From positions 95,294,001 to 95,358,000 of the forward strand of contig NC_091479.1 of NCBI RefSeq assembly GCF_036971445.1: a stretch of 64,000 nucleotides of DNA, given 5' to 3'. The notes under the pieces were generated by a model. It worked only from the letters and a program-made list of their open reading frames with translations, was not told the origin of the DNA and did not search any database. This DNA is from Narcine bancroftii. Taxonomy: Eukaryota. Below are positions 23,902 through 35,960 of the stretch, one piece after another; positions within the stretch are counted from its first letter, which is position 1, and every line of letters starts with the position of its first letter. Position numbers and translations under genes: made by a program.

Positions 23902-25959
23902 TTAACCATTTGGATTCTGGCCATTTTTAACCTTTCATTATATGTTTTTCAAGCTTTGTTGGGACCAAGGTAAACTGCCTCAGGATCTTCGTGATGCCAC
24001 CATCATCACCCTGTACAAAAACAAAGGCGAGAAATCAGACTGCTCAAACTACAGGGGAATCACGTTGCTCTCCATTGCAGGCAAAATCTTCGCTAGGATT
24101 CTACTAAATAGAATAATACCTAGTGTCGCCGAGAATATTCTCCCAGAATCACAGTGCGGCTTTCGCGCAAACAGAGGAACCACTGACATGGTCTTTGCCC
24201 TCAGACAGCTCCAAGAAAAGTGCAGAGAACAAAACAAAGGACTCTACATCACCTTTGTTGACCTCACCAAAGCCTTCGACACCGTGAGCAGGAAAGAGCT
24301 TTGGCAAATACTAGAGCGCATCGGATGTCCCCCAAAGTTCCTCAACATGATTATCCAACTGCACGAAAACCAACAAGGTCGGGTCAGATACAGCAATGAG
24401 CTCTCTGAACCCTTCTCCATTAACAATGGCGTGAAGCAAGGCTGTGTTCTCGCACCAACCCTCTTTTCAATCTTCTTCAGCATGATGCTGAACCAAGCCA
24501 TGAAAGACCCCAACAATGAAGACGCTGTTTACATCCGGTACCGCACGGATGGCAGTCTCTTCAATCTGAGGCGCCTGCAAGCTCACACCAAGACACAAGA
24601 CAAACTTGTCCGTGAACTACTCTTTGCAGATGATGCCACTTTAGTTGCCCATTCAGAGCCAGCTCTTCAGCGCTTGACGTCCTGCTTTGCGGAAACTGCC
24701 AAAATGTTTGGCCTGGAAGTCAGCCTGAAGAAAACTGAGGTCCTCCATCAGCCAGCTCCCCACCATGACTACCAGCCCCCCCACATCTCCATCGGGCACA
24801 CAAAACTCAAAACGGTCAACCAGTTTACCTATCTCGGCTGCACCATTTCATCAGATGCAAGGATCGACAATGAGATAGACAACAGACTCGCCAAGGCAAA
24901 TAGCGCCTTTGGAAGACTACACAAAAGAGTCTGGAAAAACAACCAACTGAAAAACCTCACAAAGATAAGCGTATACAGAGCCGTTGTCATACCCACACTC
25001 CTGTTCGGCTCCGAATCATGGGTCCTCTACCGGCACCACCTACGGCTCCTAGAACGCTTCCACCAGCGTTGTCTCCACTCCATCCTCAACATCCATTGGA
25101 GCGCTTACACCCCTAACGTCGAAGTACTCGAGATGGTAGAGGTCGACAGCATCGAGTCCACGCTGCTGAAGATCCAGCTGCGCTGGATGGGTCACGTCTC
25201 CAGAATGGAGGACCATCGCCTTCCCAAGATCGTGTTATATGGCGAGCTCTCCACTGGCCACCGTGACAGAGGTGCACCAAAGAAAAGGTACAAGGACTGC
25301 CTAAAGAAATCTCTTGGTGCCTGCCACATTGACCACCGCCAGTGGGCTGATAACGCCTCAAACCGTGCATCTTGGCGCCTCACAGTTTGGCGGGCAGCAA
25401 CCTCCTTTGAAGAAGACCGCAGAGCCCACCTCACTGACAAAAGGCAAAGGAGGAAAAACCCAACACCCAACCCCAACCAACCAATTTTCCCTTGCAACCG
25501 CTGCAATCGTGTCTGCCTGTCCCGCATCGGACTTGTCAGCCACAAACGAGCCTGCAGCTGACGTGGACCTTTTACCCCCTCCATAAATCTTCGTCCGCGA
25601 AGCCAAGCCAAAGATATATACTTCAGACTGGATCCATGGGTAAACTTCAGTATGGACATCAGTAAGGAACTGCTCACATTAGCTACCTGAGACTCATTTA
25701 TACAAGCAATACTTATTTATTTTTATAGTATAATGCTTGTTCTGCATAAGTATTATTTGTATGCATGTGTGTCTTGACTGGTTGTGTGTCTGCAAGTTTT
25801 GCACAAGAACCAGAGAATGCTGGATTGTCAGGCTGTATGTGCACATTCAGATGACAATTAACTTGACTTCGTGGTTGGGTATAAAACCAGTGCCGGAAAA
25901 CAGCAATATGCACTTGTTGGTAGTCCCTGAAAACAGGGACATGGAATCCAAAAGGTTAA
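23902..25959. mobile_element. Second copy of the piggyBac-like MITE, split by the RTE and another insert
   Basis: 23902-23941, 25615-25662 and ~25871-25959 align to the reverse complement of 47911-48071; TTAA at both ends. Confidence 0.65.
23942..25614 (+). mobile_element. 5'-truncated young RTE-BovB-like LINE with intact 539-codon RT frame (23942-25561)
   Basis: NYRGITLL, QCGFR, FVDLTKAFD, KQGCVLAP, LLFADD, YLG motifs; C-terminal CxxC...HxxxC; short 3' UTR ending GCCAAGCCAAAGA next to (TA)n. Confidence 0.95.
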
Positions 25960-27429
25960 GGGTTAATCCCATTGGTAGTTTTGGAGTTGCACAAGAACAG
26001 ACTGGGTAAAATAAGAGATTTTCTTCTCTGAAGGATATTTGCGAATTTTTGAGGTACTCAGACTTTTGATCTTGTAAGTACCTGCGTCGTTCAAGGCATC
26101 AGGAGCTCGGATGGCAGGGACCGAGTGGTAAATCTGTGGTCGGGGCGTCAGGAGCTCAGATGGGTGGGCGGCCGGGTTGTTAGGAATTCGGATGGGTGGG
26201 CAGCCGGGGTGAGGATCCATGGCTGGGAGCTCGAATGGAAAGGAGGCTGGGGCTTCGGGAGTTTTGGTGGGCGGGTAGCCAGTGCAAAGGTTGGAGTCAA
26301 CTTTTACATGTCAGGTCATACAAAAACACCCAATTTTTGGGCCAAATAAAAGTGGTGGGGGGGGGGCATCGACTATTACACAGCATCGATGATTACACAA
26401 GTATATACGGTAGATAGTTTTTGCAACAATTGGTTGCTTCGGGGTTTTTAATCAAGATTTGATTGTTTTTGTATTTCTTGCATGTAAATTATCCAGGGAC
26501 CAAGGTAGAATACAAAGTCATGAATCCAGATCATTAGTCCAACACTAGATTAGTAATCCTATAATTTAATCACTATTCTACAGTACTGTTAGATCATAGA
26601 TGAAAAGGTTTAAAAGCATTTTCAGAATACAGATTGCTTTAAAATTAAAAATGACAATACATCCTTCAACCAATAAGCTAGAAGAACAACTGCCCCTCCT
26701 TTTGCAACATTGATTACTAATCCTACAGAAATAACATATCCTTCACAAGCTCGGGAAAAGTCTATAAATAACAATCATTTAAACTGCAGAATATGTACCT
26801 GCTAAATCTTAGATTGCTGAGGCAGAAACAAGCCAAGTATTGAATTTGTGAAGAATAAAAGGAAATGTAAAGGGTCTGTGCTTCATTGAAAACAATGACT
26901 CAGCCCAGAGGTTATGCTTTCGTGAACAAAAAAAAACCTGGATGAAATTGGAGCGTGGTGCAAGCAAAGATCTGTGACTACACTGTGCCTGCACAAATGC
27001 TCCAGTCTGATTCAGCTCAAAGCACAGAGATAACAGAAGAGAGAAGGGAAGCTTTATAAAGACCAGAGAATGAATGAGGATGCTAGAATGTGCAGAAATA
27101 TGAACATGAAAGGTAAGGGTTAGGCCATCAAACCCAAAGAACAAACATTTAATATTTTATTTTGAGTAAATCCTGAATAAGATTGATATTTGACTTCATG
27201 TAAAATAGGCCTGTTACTAGCACAGGCTGCTATAAGATAGTATAGCCCAAGAGGCCTTTGCCATATTCTATATGATGCATCAATTGTGATGAAAACAAGG
27301 CCTGTAAATGCTTGAGTAACAATTTTTGTGGGAAACTAAAACAGACTTTATGAGTTTTACTATGGAATTAAGGTAGAGTACCAAACTGTTTTAAAAGATA
27401 TCAGGTCCCTTTATTCAAGGTCCTGATGA

Positions 27430-27955
27430 GCATAATGCTCAAAGCAGTGAGACCTTGGTGAGACCAATTTTGGAGTACTGTGTGCAGTTTTGGTTGCCTT
27501 ACTACAGGAAGAATATCAATAAGAGGGGAGAGAAGATTTACTAGGATGTTGCCCAGACTTCAGGAACTGAGTTACGGGGAAAGGTAAACAGGATAGGACT
27601 TTATTCCCTAGAGTGTAGAAGAATGAGGGGTGATTTGATTGAAGTATTTAAAATTATGAGGGGGATAGACAGTAAATATTGATAGGCTTTCTCCATTGAG
27701 GGTGTTTGAGATTCAAACGAGGACGTGGGTTAAGGTAAAAAGATTAGGGGGAACATGAGAGGGGAACTATTTTCAGAGTGGTGGGAGCGTGGGACAAGCT
27801 TCCAGCTGAAGTGGACATGGGCTTAATTTTAACATTTAAAGGAAATTTGGATAGGTATATGGATGGGAGAGCTATGGAAGGCTACTTGCTGAAAAAGTGG
27901 TTCAGCTCAGATTAGAGGGGCCAAAGTGGCCTGTTTCTGTGCTGTAATTTCTGTA
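27430..27955 (+). mobile_element. CR1 3' fragment
   Basis: TLVRP.LEYCVQFW coding remnant and 3' UTR ending GGCCTGTTTCTGTGCTGTA. Confidence 0.8.
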
Positions 27956-29426
27956 TGTATAATTACTTAAATGATGTATCTGGTCAGGTTCAAATTAATT
28001 TGTTTAACAAAACATAAAATATTTTGTAGAACATTTAGACTTTATATTTTTGTAGGGCCTATTGATTAATTGTCCACTTAACAAGTTTAAGTAGAGCATT
28101 TTTGTAAAAGAATGCATTAATACACGAGTAAAATACCAAAGTCTGCAGACATCAAGATTGAAGTAAACACAATACTGGAGAAACTCAGCAGGTCAAACTC
28201 TGTTCTTTCTATAGCAAAGATAAAGATACAGAACCAACGTTTCGGGCTTGAACTCTTCATCAAGGTATCGGCAGGTGCTAACAAAATGATGGGGGAGGAA
28301 CATGGTCCCAAAGGCAGGAGGTAATAGGTGGATAAGCAGGGCACACCAGCAAACAGGGGAAGGAGGGATGGCTCTGTGAATGGAGAGGGAAGGGGTTGAA
28401 GCCTGAAGAAAAGAGGACAAAGGGGAATGGAAGGGAGGGAAAATGGATAGTAGGCTAACAGAAATCAGAGAAGTCGAGAGTTCAGATGGAAAATCAAGTG
28501 TTGTTATTCTGATATATGGGTAAGTCTTGATGGCGGAAATTACAAAAGTTAATGTGTTGGATGCGGAGGTTGGTGGGGTGGTGAGGTGCATTAATACATG
28601 ATGCAGTTGTTGTTTTGTATTGATTATTAAATTAGTCTTTCAATATAAAAAACAGGATTTTTTCACTGGGATTTGTTTGGCTGCCCTTTGTGACCATTCA
28701 TTCATCTTGATTGAGAAATGTATAATTAGCTCTTGATAAAATACCTTTCTAACACTAAACCAATGTTTTGATATGTTGAAACAAAAGGAGAAGCAAAACT
28801 TTGATTATAATCCAATTATGAACAAATGGAACAATGGGAGAGTGTATTTAGGTATTGTCACACTTTCAAGATTATCTGATTGTCATAATAATGAAATTTC
28901 CTTTCATTAGTATAAGGCAAAGATTTGCTATCAGGAGAAGTTGCCCAGCGCTCCTTACAAGCAGAGAAAGAGAAGCAACAGAGACCTTCCCAGAGTAATT
29001 GAGTGTCCACAGATTCATCTCTAATGCTCCCACAATCTCCACAGCCACACAGCTTTCAGTCCAAACCGTTAGTAACCCGAGCTCTAAATGCCCACCTCTG
29101 ACACAATTGGAAAGCCTCCAGCACCCTCAGCTCCTTCCTGTGATCTGATTCCAATACCATGAACCCCTTCAGCCAGTCTCAATTCAGTTTTCAGCAGTTC
29201 ACTGCCTGGAGTGAGTGCCTTGACCGCAGTCCACGTAGGTTCCTCACTTTGTATTAGCAGCACCCCGCCGCCTGTCTGTTCTTCAGCCGCAGAGACCCTC
29301 GCTAGTCCGCCGCCATGGTCACTGTCCCACGGGGATGGTCCCCTGCTTCTCCTTCTCAAATGAGGGGTGGTCTCCCTGTTTTCTGGTGCTCTGTGCCAGT
29401 CCTCTGCTTCGCTTGTCTGTGCAACC

Positions 29427-29789
29427 TGTTAGGTCTGCTTTGTTCATGAATGAGTGAGACAAACACCAGGCTGAGTCGAAATCAGGGTTCTTTGTTCTTT
29501 ATTACCGGATTGTAACACTTGCGACTAAACATGTTAGTCGGAGAATGCATTCTGCCGTGATCAGCAAAATGGTGATTTTTTATACCCTTGGATACGTGCT
29601 TAGAACATCATCATATCATTACTTGTCCAATGACTAAAACTGTTGCTATCCTTTCCCTGCTAGCTTCCTGCCTCTCAATCCATCAATGTCTCTCTTATCT
29701 TGTAAGTACAAGGATGCATTCACATCTTGTTACAGCCCTGCACAGGGTAACTCCTTACACATTCCCATCTCATGATGTTTTACCTTACA
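29427..29789 (-). mobile_element. Solo LTR, copy 1 (363 bp)
   Basis: Termini TGTAAGGT...ACCTAACA on minus; ATTGG, GGGTATAAAA and AATAAA in LTR order. Confidence 0.8.
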
Positions 29790-29825
29790 CTGTGCCAGTC
29801 CTCTGCTTCGCTTGTCTGTGCAACC

Positions 29826-30188
29826 TGTTAGGTCTGCTTTGTTCATGAATGAGTGAGACAAACACCAGACTGAGTCGAAATCAGGGTTCTTTGTTCTTTA
29901 TTACCGGATTGTAACACTTGCGACTAACCATGTTAGTCGGAGAATGCATTCTGCCGTTATCAGCAAAATGGTGATTTTTTATACCCTTGGATACGTGCTT
30001 AGAACATCATCATATCATTACTTGTCCAATGACTAAAACTGTTGCTATCCTTTCCCTGCTAGCTTCCTGCCTCTCAATCCATCAATGTCTCTCTTATCTT
30101 GTAAGTACAAGGATGCATTCACATCTTGTTACAGCCCTGCACAGGGTAACTCCTTACACATTCCCATCTCATGATGTTTTACCTTACA
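29826..30188 (-). mobile_element. Solo LTR, copy 2 (363 bp)
   Basis: Identical to copy 1 except for three substitutions seen by eye. Confidence 0.8.
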
Positions 30189-30644
30189 CTGTGCCAGTCC
30201 TCTGCTTCGCTTGTCTGTGCAACCCCTCGTGGCTGCTGCTGCCTTAGGTTTGGATTAGCTGAGTATGTGTTAAGGTGACAAGATGATTAAGGTAATAGAC
30301 TGATGATCTCTTGCACTTTCCAAGCCTTGGTTCCAAACCAACCTTTACTTGATTAAGTTATATTTCAGCGGTGGCATCATTTGTACCTCCAGACAAAAAC
30401 TTGGGGGCTTATCCAAGTTCTACTGAAGTGCCATGAGAAAAATAATCTGATCTGATAAATGAAATGGAATATATGAGAATAAAAATGCAAGTCTTGGAAA
30501 TTTGAAGCAATAGTGTATTGGTACCATTTTTGGTTGAGATTTTGAACTGAGGCTCCGTTTCCTTTCTCATTGAGGTAATCGCAAAGGATCTTGAACCATC
30601 TTTTTGTAAGAGAGTGTGAGTTACCACTGAGTTCAGGCTAATTT

Positions 30645-31833
30645 CACTGAACAACAAATTGGGGATTATGAGACAATTTTAATATGACCACAAAGATAAT
30701 TTCAGATTTGCTGTATCACTTAGAAAATTGGAGAAACATTACATTAACGTTTAGTCATGTTTAATCGTATAATGACGCGGACACGTTGCGTTAGTTCAAC
30801 TGACCTAAAAATGTTTGGCTGCTGATTTTCATTTGTACTCAGCATCTGATGCCTCTCCTGTCAGTATCCAACAAGCATTGATGGATTTCAGTTGTTTTGA
30901 TGTTGTTTTTCCATGGTCGCAATTTTCTGGTGAAACCTTTTACCAGCTTTGTCTTTGGCTGCACCACGATCAGCAGGGAAGACGTCCAAGTGCGAATGCA
31001 GAAAATGAATTTTCAATGACATGTTGCGCTTCATGGTTTTGTCTGCTTGAAGGATGTTGTTAATTAGCTGGATGTAGTTTGGTGCTCTGTAGTTGCCAAG
31101 AAAATTCTCAATAACATCTTTAAATGCCTTCAATGCTCTTTTTTCCAGCCTCACTGGCAGATTTTCACTGCCAGTCCTGAGACAATATTTGCATAGTACC
31201 TGCAGTGAGTGCATGCCCTGGCATGCTTGGACTGACCAAAACAGTTTGCTTTGTGAGCAATATACAGTACAAGTCCAATTATCCAAAATGGCTGGATTGG
31301 GTCTATTTCAGATAAATGATATTTTCAGATAACTGGTATTTTTTAAAAAAAATGGCCCAGTAGCAACAGCAAATCACTTGTAACAGTTTTTAAAATAGAA
31401 CAAACAACAAGGGAAGGCTTTTTAAGCATGAAATTATATTTAATTCTCACCAAAATACAATCCGAACAAAATAAGATAAACCCCTCCAAAAACTTGAAAT
31501 TCTACTCAGAGGTTTTTCCAAAATTTCAAAATTTTTTTCGGCCTGTGATGTCAGTTCAGCTCTGAACCACATTTCTGAGTTGTTTCATTTATCCAAAATA
31601 TTTTGGAGGCGAAATGACATCATTTTGGCTTCAAAATTGTTCAGTTATATGAAGATAATCAGAGTTGCACTGTACTAATGGACCTAAAATATGACAGGAA
31701 ATCACAAAAATAAATTATACCTTTAAAAAAAAAAGTACGCGAGAGGAAAAGTTTCAGGTGATTTTTGAAAACAGCAGCTCAAAATCCATAAAATACACCC
31801 ACAAGTGTTCAAGAAGCAAAATCCTCATTGTCC
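30645..31833 (-). mobile_element. Chapaev3-like element, interrupted by a MITE, terminus cut by the Gypsy fragment
   Basis: CACTGAACAA terminus; MSLKIHFLHSHLD..RFHQ fragment; same subterminal sequence as 38987-39060. Confidence 0.7.
31265..31672. mobile_element. Tigger/pogo-like MITE
   Basis: TA|CAGTACAA...TTGCACTG|TA; internal sequence resembles the reverse complement of 6949-7796. Confidence 0.7.
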
Positions 31834-34800
31834 TGCGTAGTTGGCCATTTCATCAAGGCTGAGGCACTCCAAAGGTTTGGTAGCTTTTATCAGGGTGGCT
31901 TTGTCTGGCCGGTAAAATTGCGGTTTGCGTTCCGCACAGACGGGGCAGCTCTTGTTCACTGACCTCACTTCCTTTTGGAAGTTTTGGGTTTTAATGAAGA
32001 GAAACAGTCTAGCGACCCCCGGGTGGCCCAGCTCATTGTGCAAGTTCTGCAACTGGGATGTGTGGTTAAGGATGGCACAAGTGCCTCTGGACAGTGCGTC
32101 CGGGGGCTCGTTGAGTCTCCCGGGGCGGTATAGAATGTTGTAGTTAAATATAAACAATTCTATTCGCCAGCGCAGGATTTTGTCGTTCTTAATTCTCCTC
32201 CTGATCTGGTTATCGAACATAAAAGCCACAGACCGTTGGTCCGTGACGAGGCTGAAGTGTTTGCATGCCAGATAATGTCGTCAGTGCCTTACTGCTTCCA
32301 TAATGGCTAGGGCCTCCTTCTCTACTGCTGAGTGTCTTACTTCTGACCCCTGTTGGGTTTGCGAGAAAAAGGCCACCGGTCCTCCGTCTTGGTTTAGGGT
32401 GGCTGCCAGAGCCACATCGGATGCATCCGTTTCTACTTGAAACGGGATTGACTCATCTATGGACCGCATGGTAGCTTTAGCGATATGGTCCCCATTGTCC
32501 CTGAATGCTCAGGGAAGGCACAGTGAGAAAACTGAGTCTTTTATAAGTGGGCGGGCCCTGTTGGCGTAGTTAGGGACCCATTGGGCATAGTAAGTGAACA
32601 GCCCTAAACACATTTTTAGTGCTTTCAGCATGTGTGGCACTGGGAGGTCTAGGAGAGGGTGCATAAGGGCTGGGTCTGGGCTGATTTCCCCGTTCTGCAC
32701 TATGTAGCCCAGGATTGGCAACTTCCTAGTGCTAAAGACGCATTTGTCCCTGTTGTACGTTAGGTTCCTTTCCTCGGTTGCCTGGAAGAAGCGTTTTAAA
32801 TTTGTGTCATGATCCTCCTGAGTGTGGCCACAGATTGTCACATTGTCTAAGTAGGGGAACACCGCTTTCAGTTGGAACTCATCTACTATTCAGTCCATTT
32901 CTCTCTGAAACAGGGACACTCCATTGGTGACACCGAAGGGAAGTCACAGAAATTGATACAGCCTGCCGTCTGCCTCAAATGCCGTGTAAATGCGATCGCT
33001 GTTTCTAATGGGCAGCTGGTGGTATGCTGCCTTCAGGTTTATGGTGGAGAACACCTTATACTGCGCAATGTTGTTGACCATGTCTGCTATGCATGGCAGG
33101 GGGTAGGCATCTAGTTGTGTAAATTTGTTGATTGTCTAGCTGTAATCCACTGCCATGCGCAGTTTTTCTCCTGACTTTACTACAACCACCTGGGCTCTCC
33201 AGGGGCTGGTGCTCTGCTCTATGATGCCCTCCTGTAGTAGCCTGTGGACCTCTGTCCTAATGAAGGCTCTATTCCTTGGGCTGTACCTCCTGCTCTTTGT
33301 GGCTTTTGGTGTGTACTCTGGGGTCAGGTGTGTGAACGGTGGAGGGGGTTCTTTGTTCAGGACAGACAGGCTGCAGTGTTGTTTCTTCCTAAGGCGTAGT
33401 GGGGGGTGAAGTCCGTTGTGCACTATTGTAATGCTTTCTAACTGGCACTGGAAATCTAACCCCAATAGTACCGAGGCACAGAGGTGAGGGAGTACTAGTA
33501 ATCTGAACCCTTCTTATTTTGTGCCCTGGATTTCTAGAGTAACCCTGCAAAACTGTTTTACCTCAGACGGAAGGCTGCTGGCTGCTAACAGGATCTGGTA
33601 CTCACTCAGGCATGTGGGGAGGGCAAGGCGGTTGACTAACCCCTGGTCAATAAAACTTTCAGTGCTTCCACTATCTATTAAGCAATTAACCCTCACATCA
33701 TTAATTTTGATGCACACAGTGGTGCCAGATAAATTGTGTGGACTCGCCTGATTCATGCGTAGGGAAGCAAATCTGGCGCGTCCTTCCATCCAATAGTTCT
33801 CGGCATCATATTCATCTCCTGAAGACTGTGTCCTCTGCTTTGTAGCATTTGTCCAAGATGGCCAGCTGCACATGGCATTCTTCGTCTTCTGTTTGTGGAG
33901 AAAGAAGAGCTTTCCCGCCTCTCATTAGCATGAGAATGGGTCTTGGCTGTGGCCTTGGGGCTTCTGCAGACTTTTGCATAAAGCCTACGTTTTTCATGGT
34001 TTGAACAGACGTTTTCTCTGGCAGACTCCCCTACTTCTTGTGACCTGGTCATGAGTCTGTACCAGGAGTGGAGTTCACTATGTCCCTTACTGTAATGCCT
34101 CTGTAAAGTGCTCTTTGCCCCTTGGTAGGACCTGGCATCCTGTATAAGGGAGCAAGGGTGGTCTCCCAGCTGGGCTAACAGTAGCATTAATAGCTCTTTA
34201 TCCGATGCCTCAGCACCCTCCACGTAATTCAGAAAGCATATCTGCCAGCGGCCGAAGTGCGTGTCGGCTCTGGGATTTCTGGGGTCGAGCTCCAGCCTGT
34301 CTGGTCGCAACACATGGCTAAGGTGCTGTCTCTGGTCCCTTGGGTGTAGCAAGGGTGGACCCTGTGGTACTGGGAACTGCTCGTAGAGCCTCTGTGGGGC
34401 TTGTGTCTGCTGGAGGAGTAACCTGGGTGCTTGGGGCTGTTGGCTGAGTCTCTGGCTTTGGGACATTTGCAGCGGGCTTAGGGGGGATCCCAGCGGTAGC
34501 GTCAGGTCTCCGTGGTACTGGGGAAACTGCTGCTGGGGGAGTGATGGTAGCGGTGTCTGCTTTCCCTGGCTCTGGAGTGGTTGGGAATTCTACACATACG
34601 TGCCGATCAGGAGCATGACTTGTGGAGATCCTTCCACCCAGACTTGTAGTGGCCCCTTTCTGATCGGACCGGGGTTTAGGGTCGGCGGCACCTGTACCAG
34701 CGAACCCACAGGCAGGCAGGGCTCTTGGCCGTTTCTTACCTGCCCTATTGTACTTCTGTGGTCTTCCCTGCATTCCACCACGATTCCAGTACAGCGGTTC

Positions 34801-34920
34801 CTCGCCGTCTCTGTCCTTGGAAGCACGTGCGTGCTAGTCGTCCCCAGAGCGTCAGGTGCTCCAGTGTGCGGTAGGCCGAGGGGAGGGGTTGGAGTCAGGC
34901 TTTGGATGTCATACAATTTC
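31834..34920 (-). mobile_element. Decayed Gypsy internal fragment without recognisable LTRs
   Basis: gag-like RPDRLELDP, protease LIDSGS, RT SPWRAQVVVV and PYLDN, RNaseH VETDASD and EKEALA, integrase zinc finger HNELGHPG...CPVC; many frameshifts. Confidence 0.88.
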
Positions 34921-35339
34921 TTCAGTGCTTCAGTAATAGATAACTTTATTAGAATGAAGCCTAGATGAAAGAGACTATTGTAGTTTCTTCATACATTTTT
35001 CATATTGCTTCATTTTGTTTTTATTTTATATTTAAAATGTACAATAGTTAAGTAGCACACGTGCTTATATTCTGTTTTCATTTTGAATACAAATAGCAAT
35101 TATGTTTAAAACTGCATCTCAAGTTCCTTGTGTTTTGATGTTAAATACAAAAGTATAATAAATTTTGAATTCTTTGGCATGCGTCGTGGATGTGCGCACA
35201 TTAATTTCCTTTGTGCGCTGGTTGCAAAACGTGTGGGCGCATGCACAGCTTTGAGGGAACAGTGGTCATGGTGTCTTTTTTTGTACTTGCTCCCCTAATG
35301 TTAAAACCTGGCTACACCCCTGGATGTCTCGTGTTGGGA

Positions 35340-35960
35340 ACGTGTTGTAGGTGACGTTAATTGTGGAGGAAATATATTGAATGCGAAGGCTGGTGGGGTG
35401 GTATTTGAGGACAAGGTGAATCCTGTCCTTGCTGCACCTAGACAGAGGGGGCCAGGGCACATGTGCGGGAAATTGAGGATATATGGGTAAGTGAGCTGAG
35501 TGGATGGTGATAGAGGAGAAGCCATGCTTTTCTTGGATGATCTGGAGAGGGATTGAAGCAGGAACGTTATTTACATTTAAGGAAAGACTGGATAATTACA
35601 TGGAGGGGAGAGGATTAGAGGGGTATGGACCAGGTGCTGGTCTGTGGGGCTAGGAGGGTGGGGATTTGTTCCGGCATGGACTAGTAGGGCCACACTGGCC
35701 TGTTCTGTGCTGTATATGGTTATCTGGACCTCATCCTGGCAACTGATGCAAAGGAGATGGAGAAATTGGGAGAAATGAGTAGAATCCTAATAGGAGTCAA
35801 GGTAATTGAGTGAGTTGGTGGTTTGTAAAAAATGTCTGTAAAAAGTTTGTCCCTCAAAATGGAGATAAAGAGATCGAGAAAGGGGCGAATGTAGGATAAG
35901 ATCAGGAGGAATGTTGAAGAATGCCACCACCTTCCACTTCCCCTCCAAATCACATGTATA
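35340..35960 (-). mobile_element. Penelope-like remnant with inserted CR1 3' end (~35550-35720, plus strand)
   Basis: PFLDL.ISI..DKL.TDIFYKP and KDRI.LVL.YHPTSL fragments. Confidence 0.55.

Noticed and set aside
29391-30224. CRISPR array (three 36-bp direct repeats)
   Set aside because: Intervening units are near-identical 363-bp LTR-like sequences, the host is eukaryotic and there are no cas genes; kept as a long-duplication finding instead.
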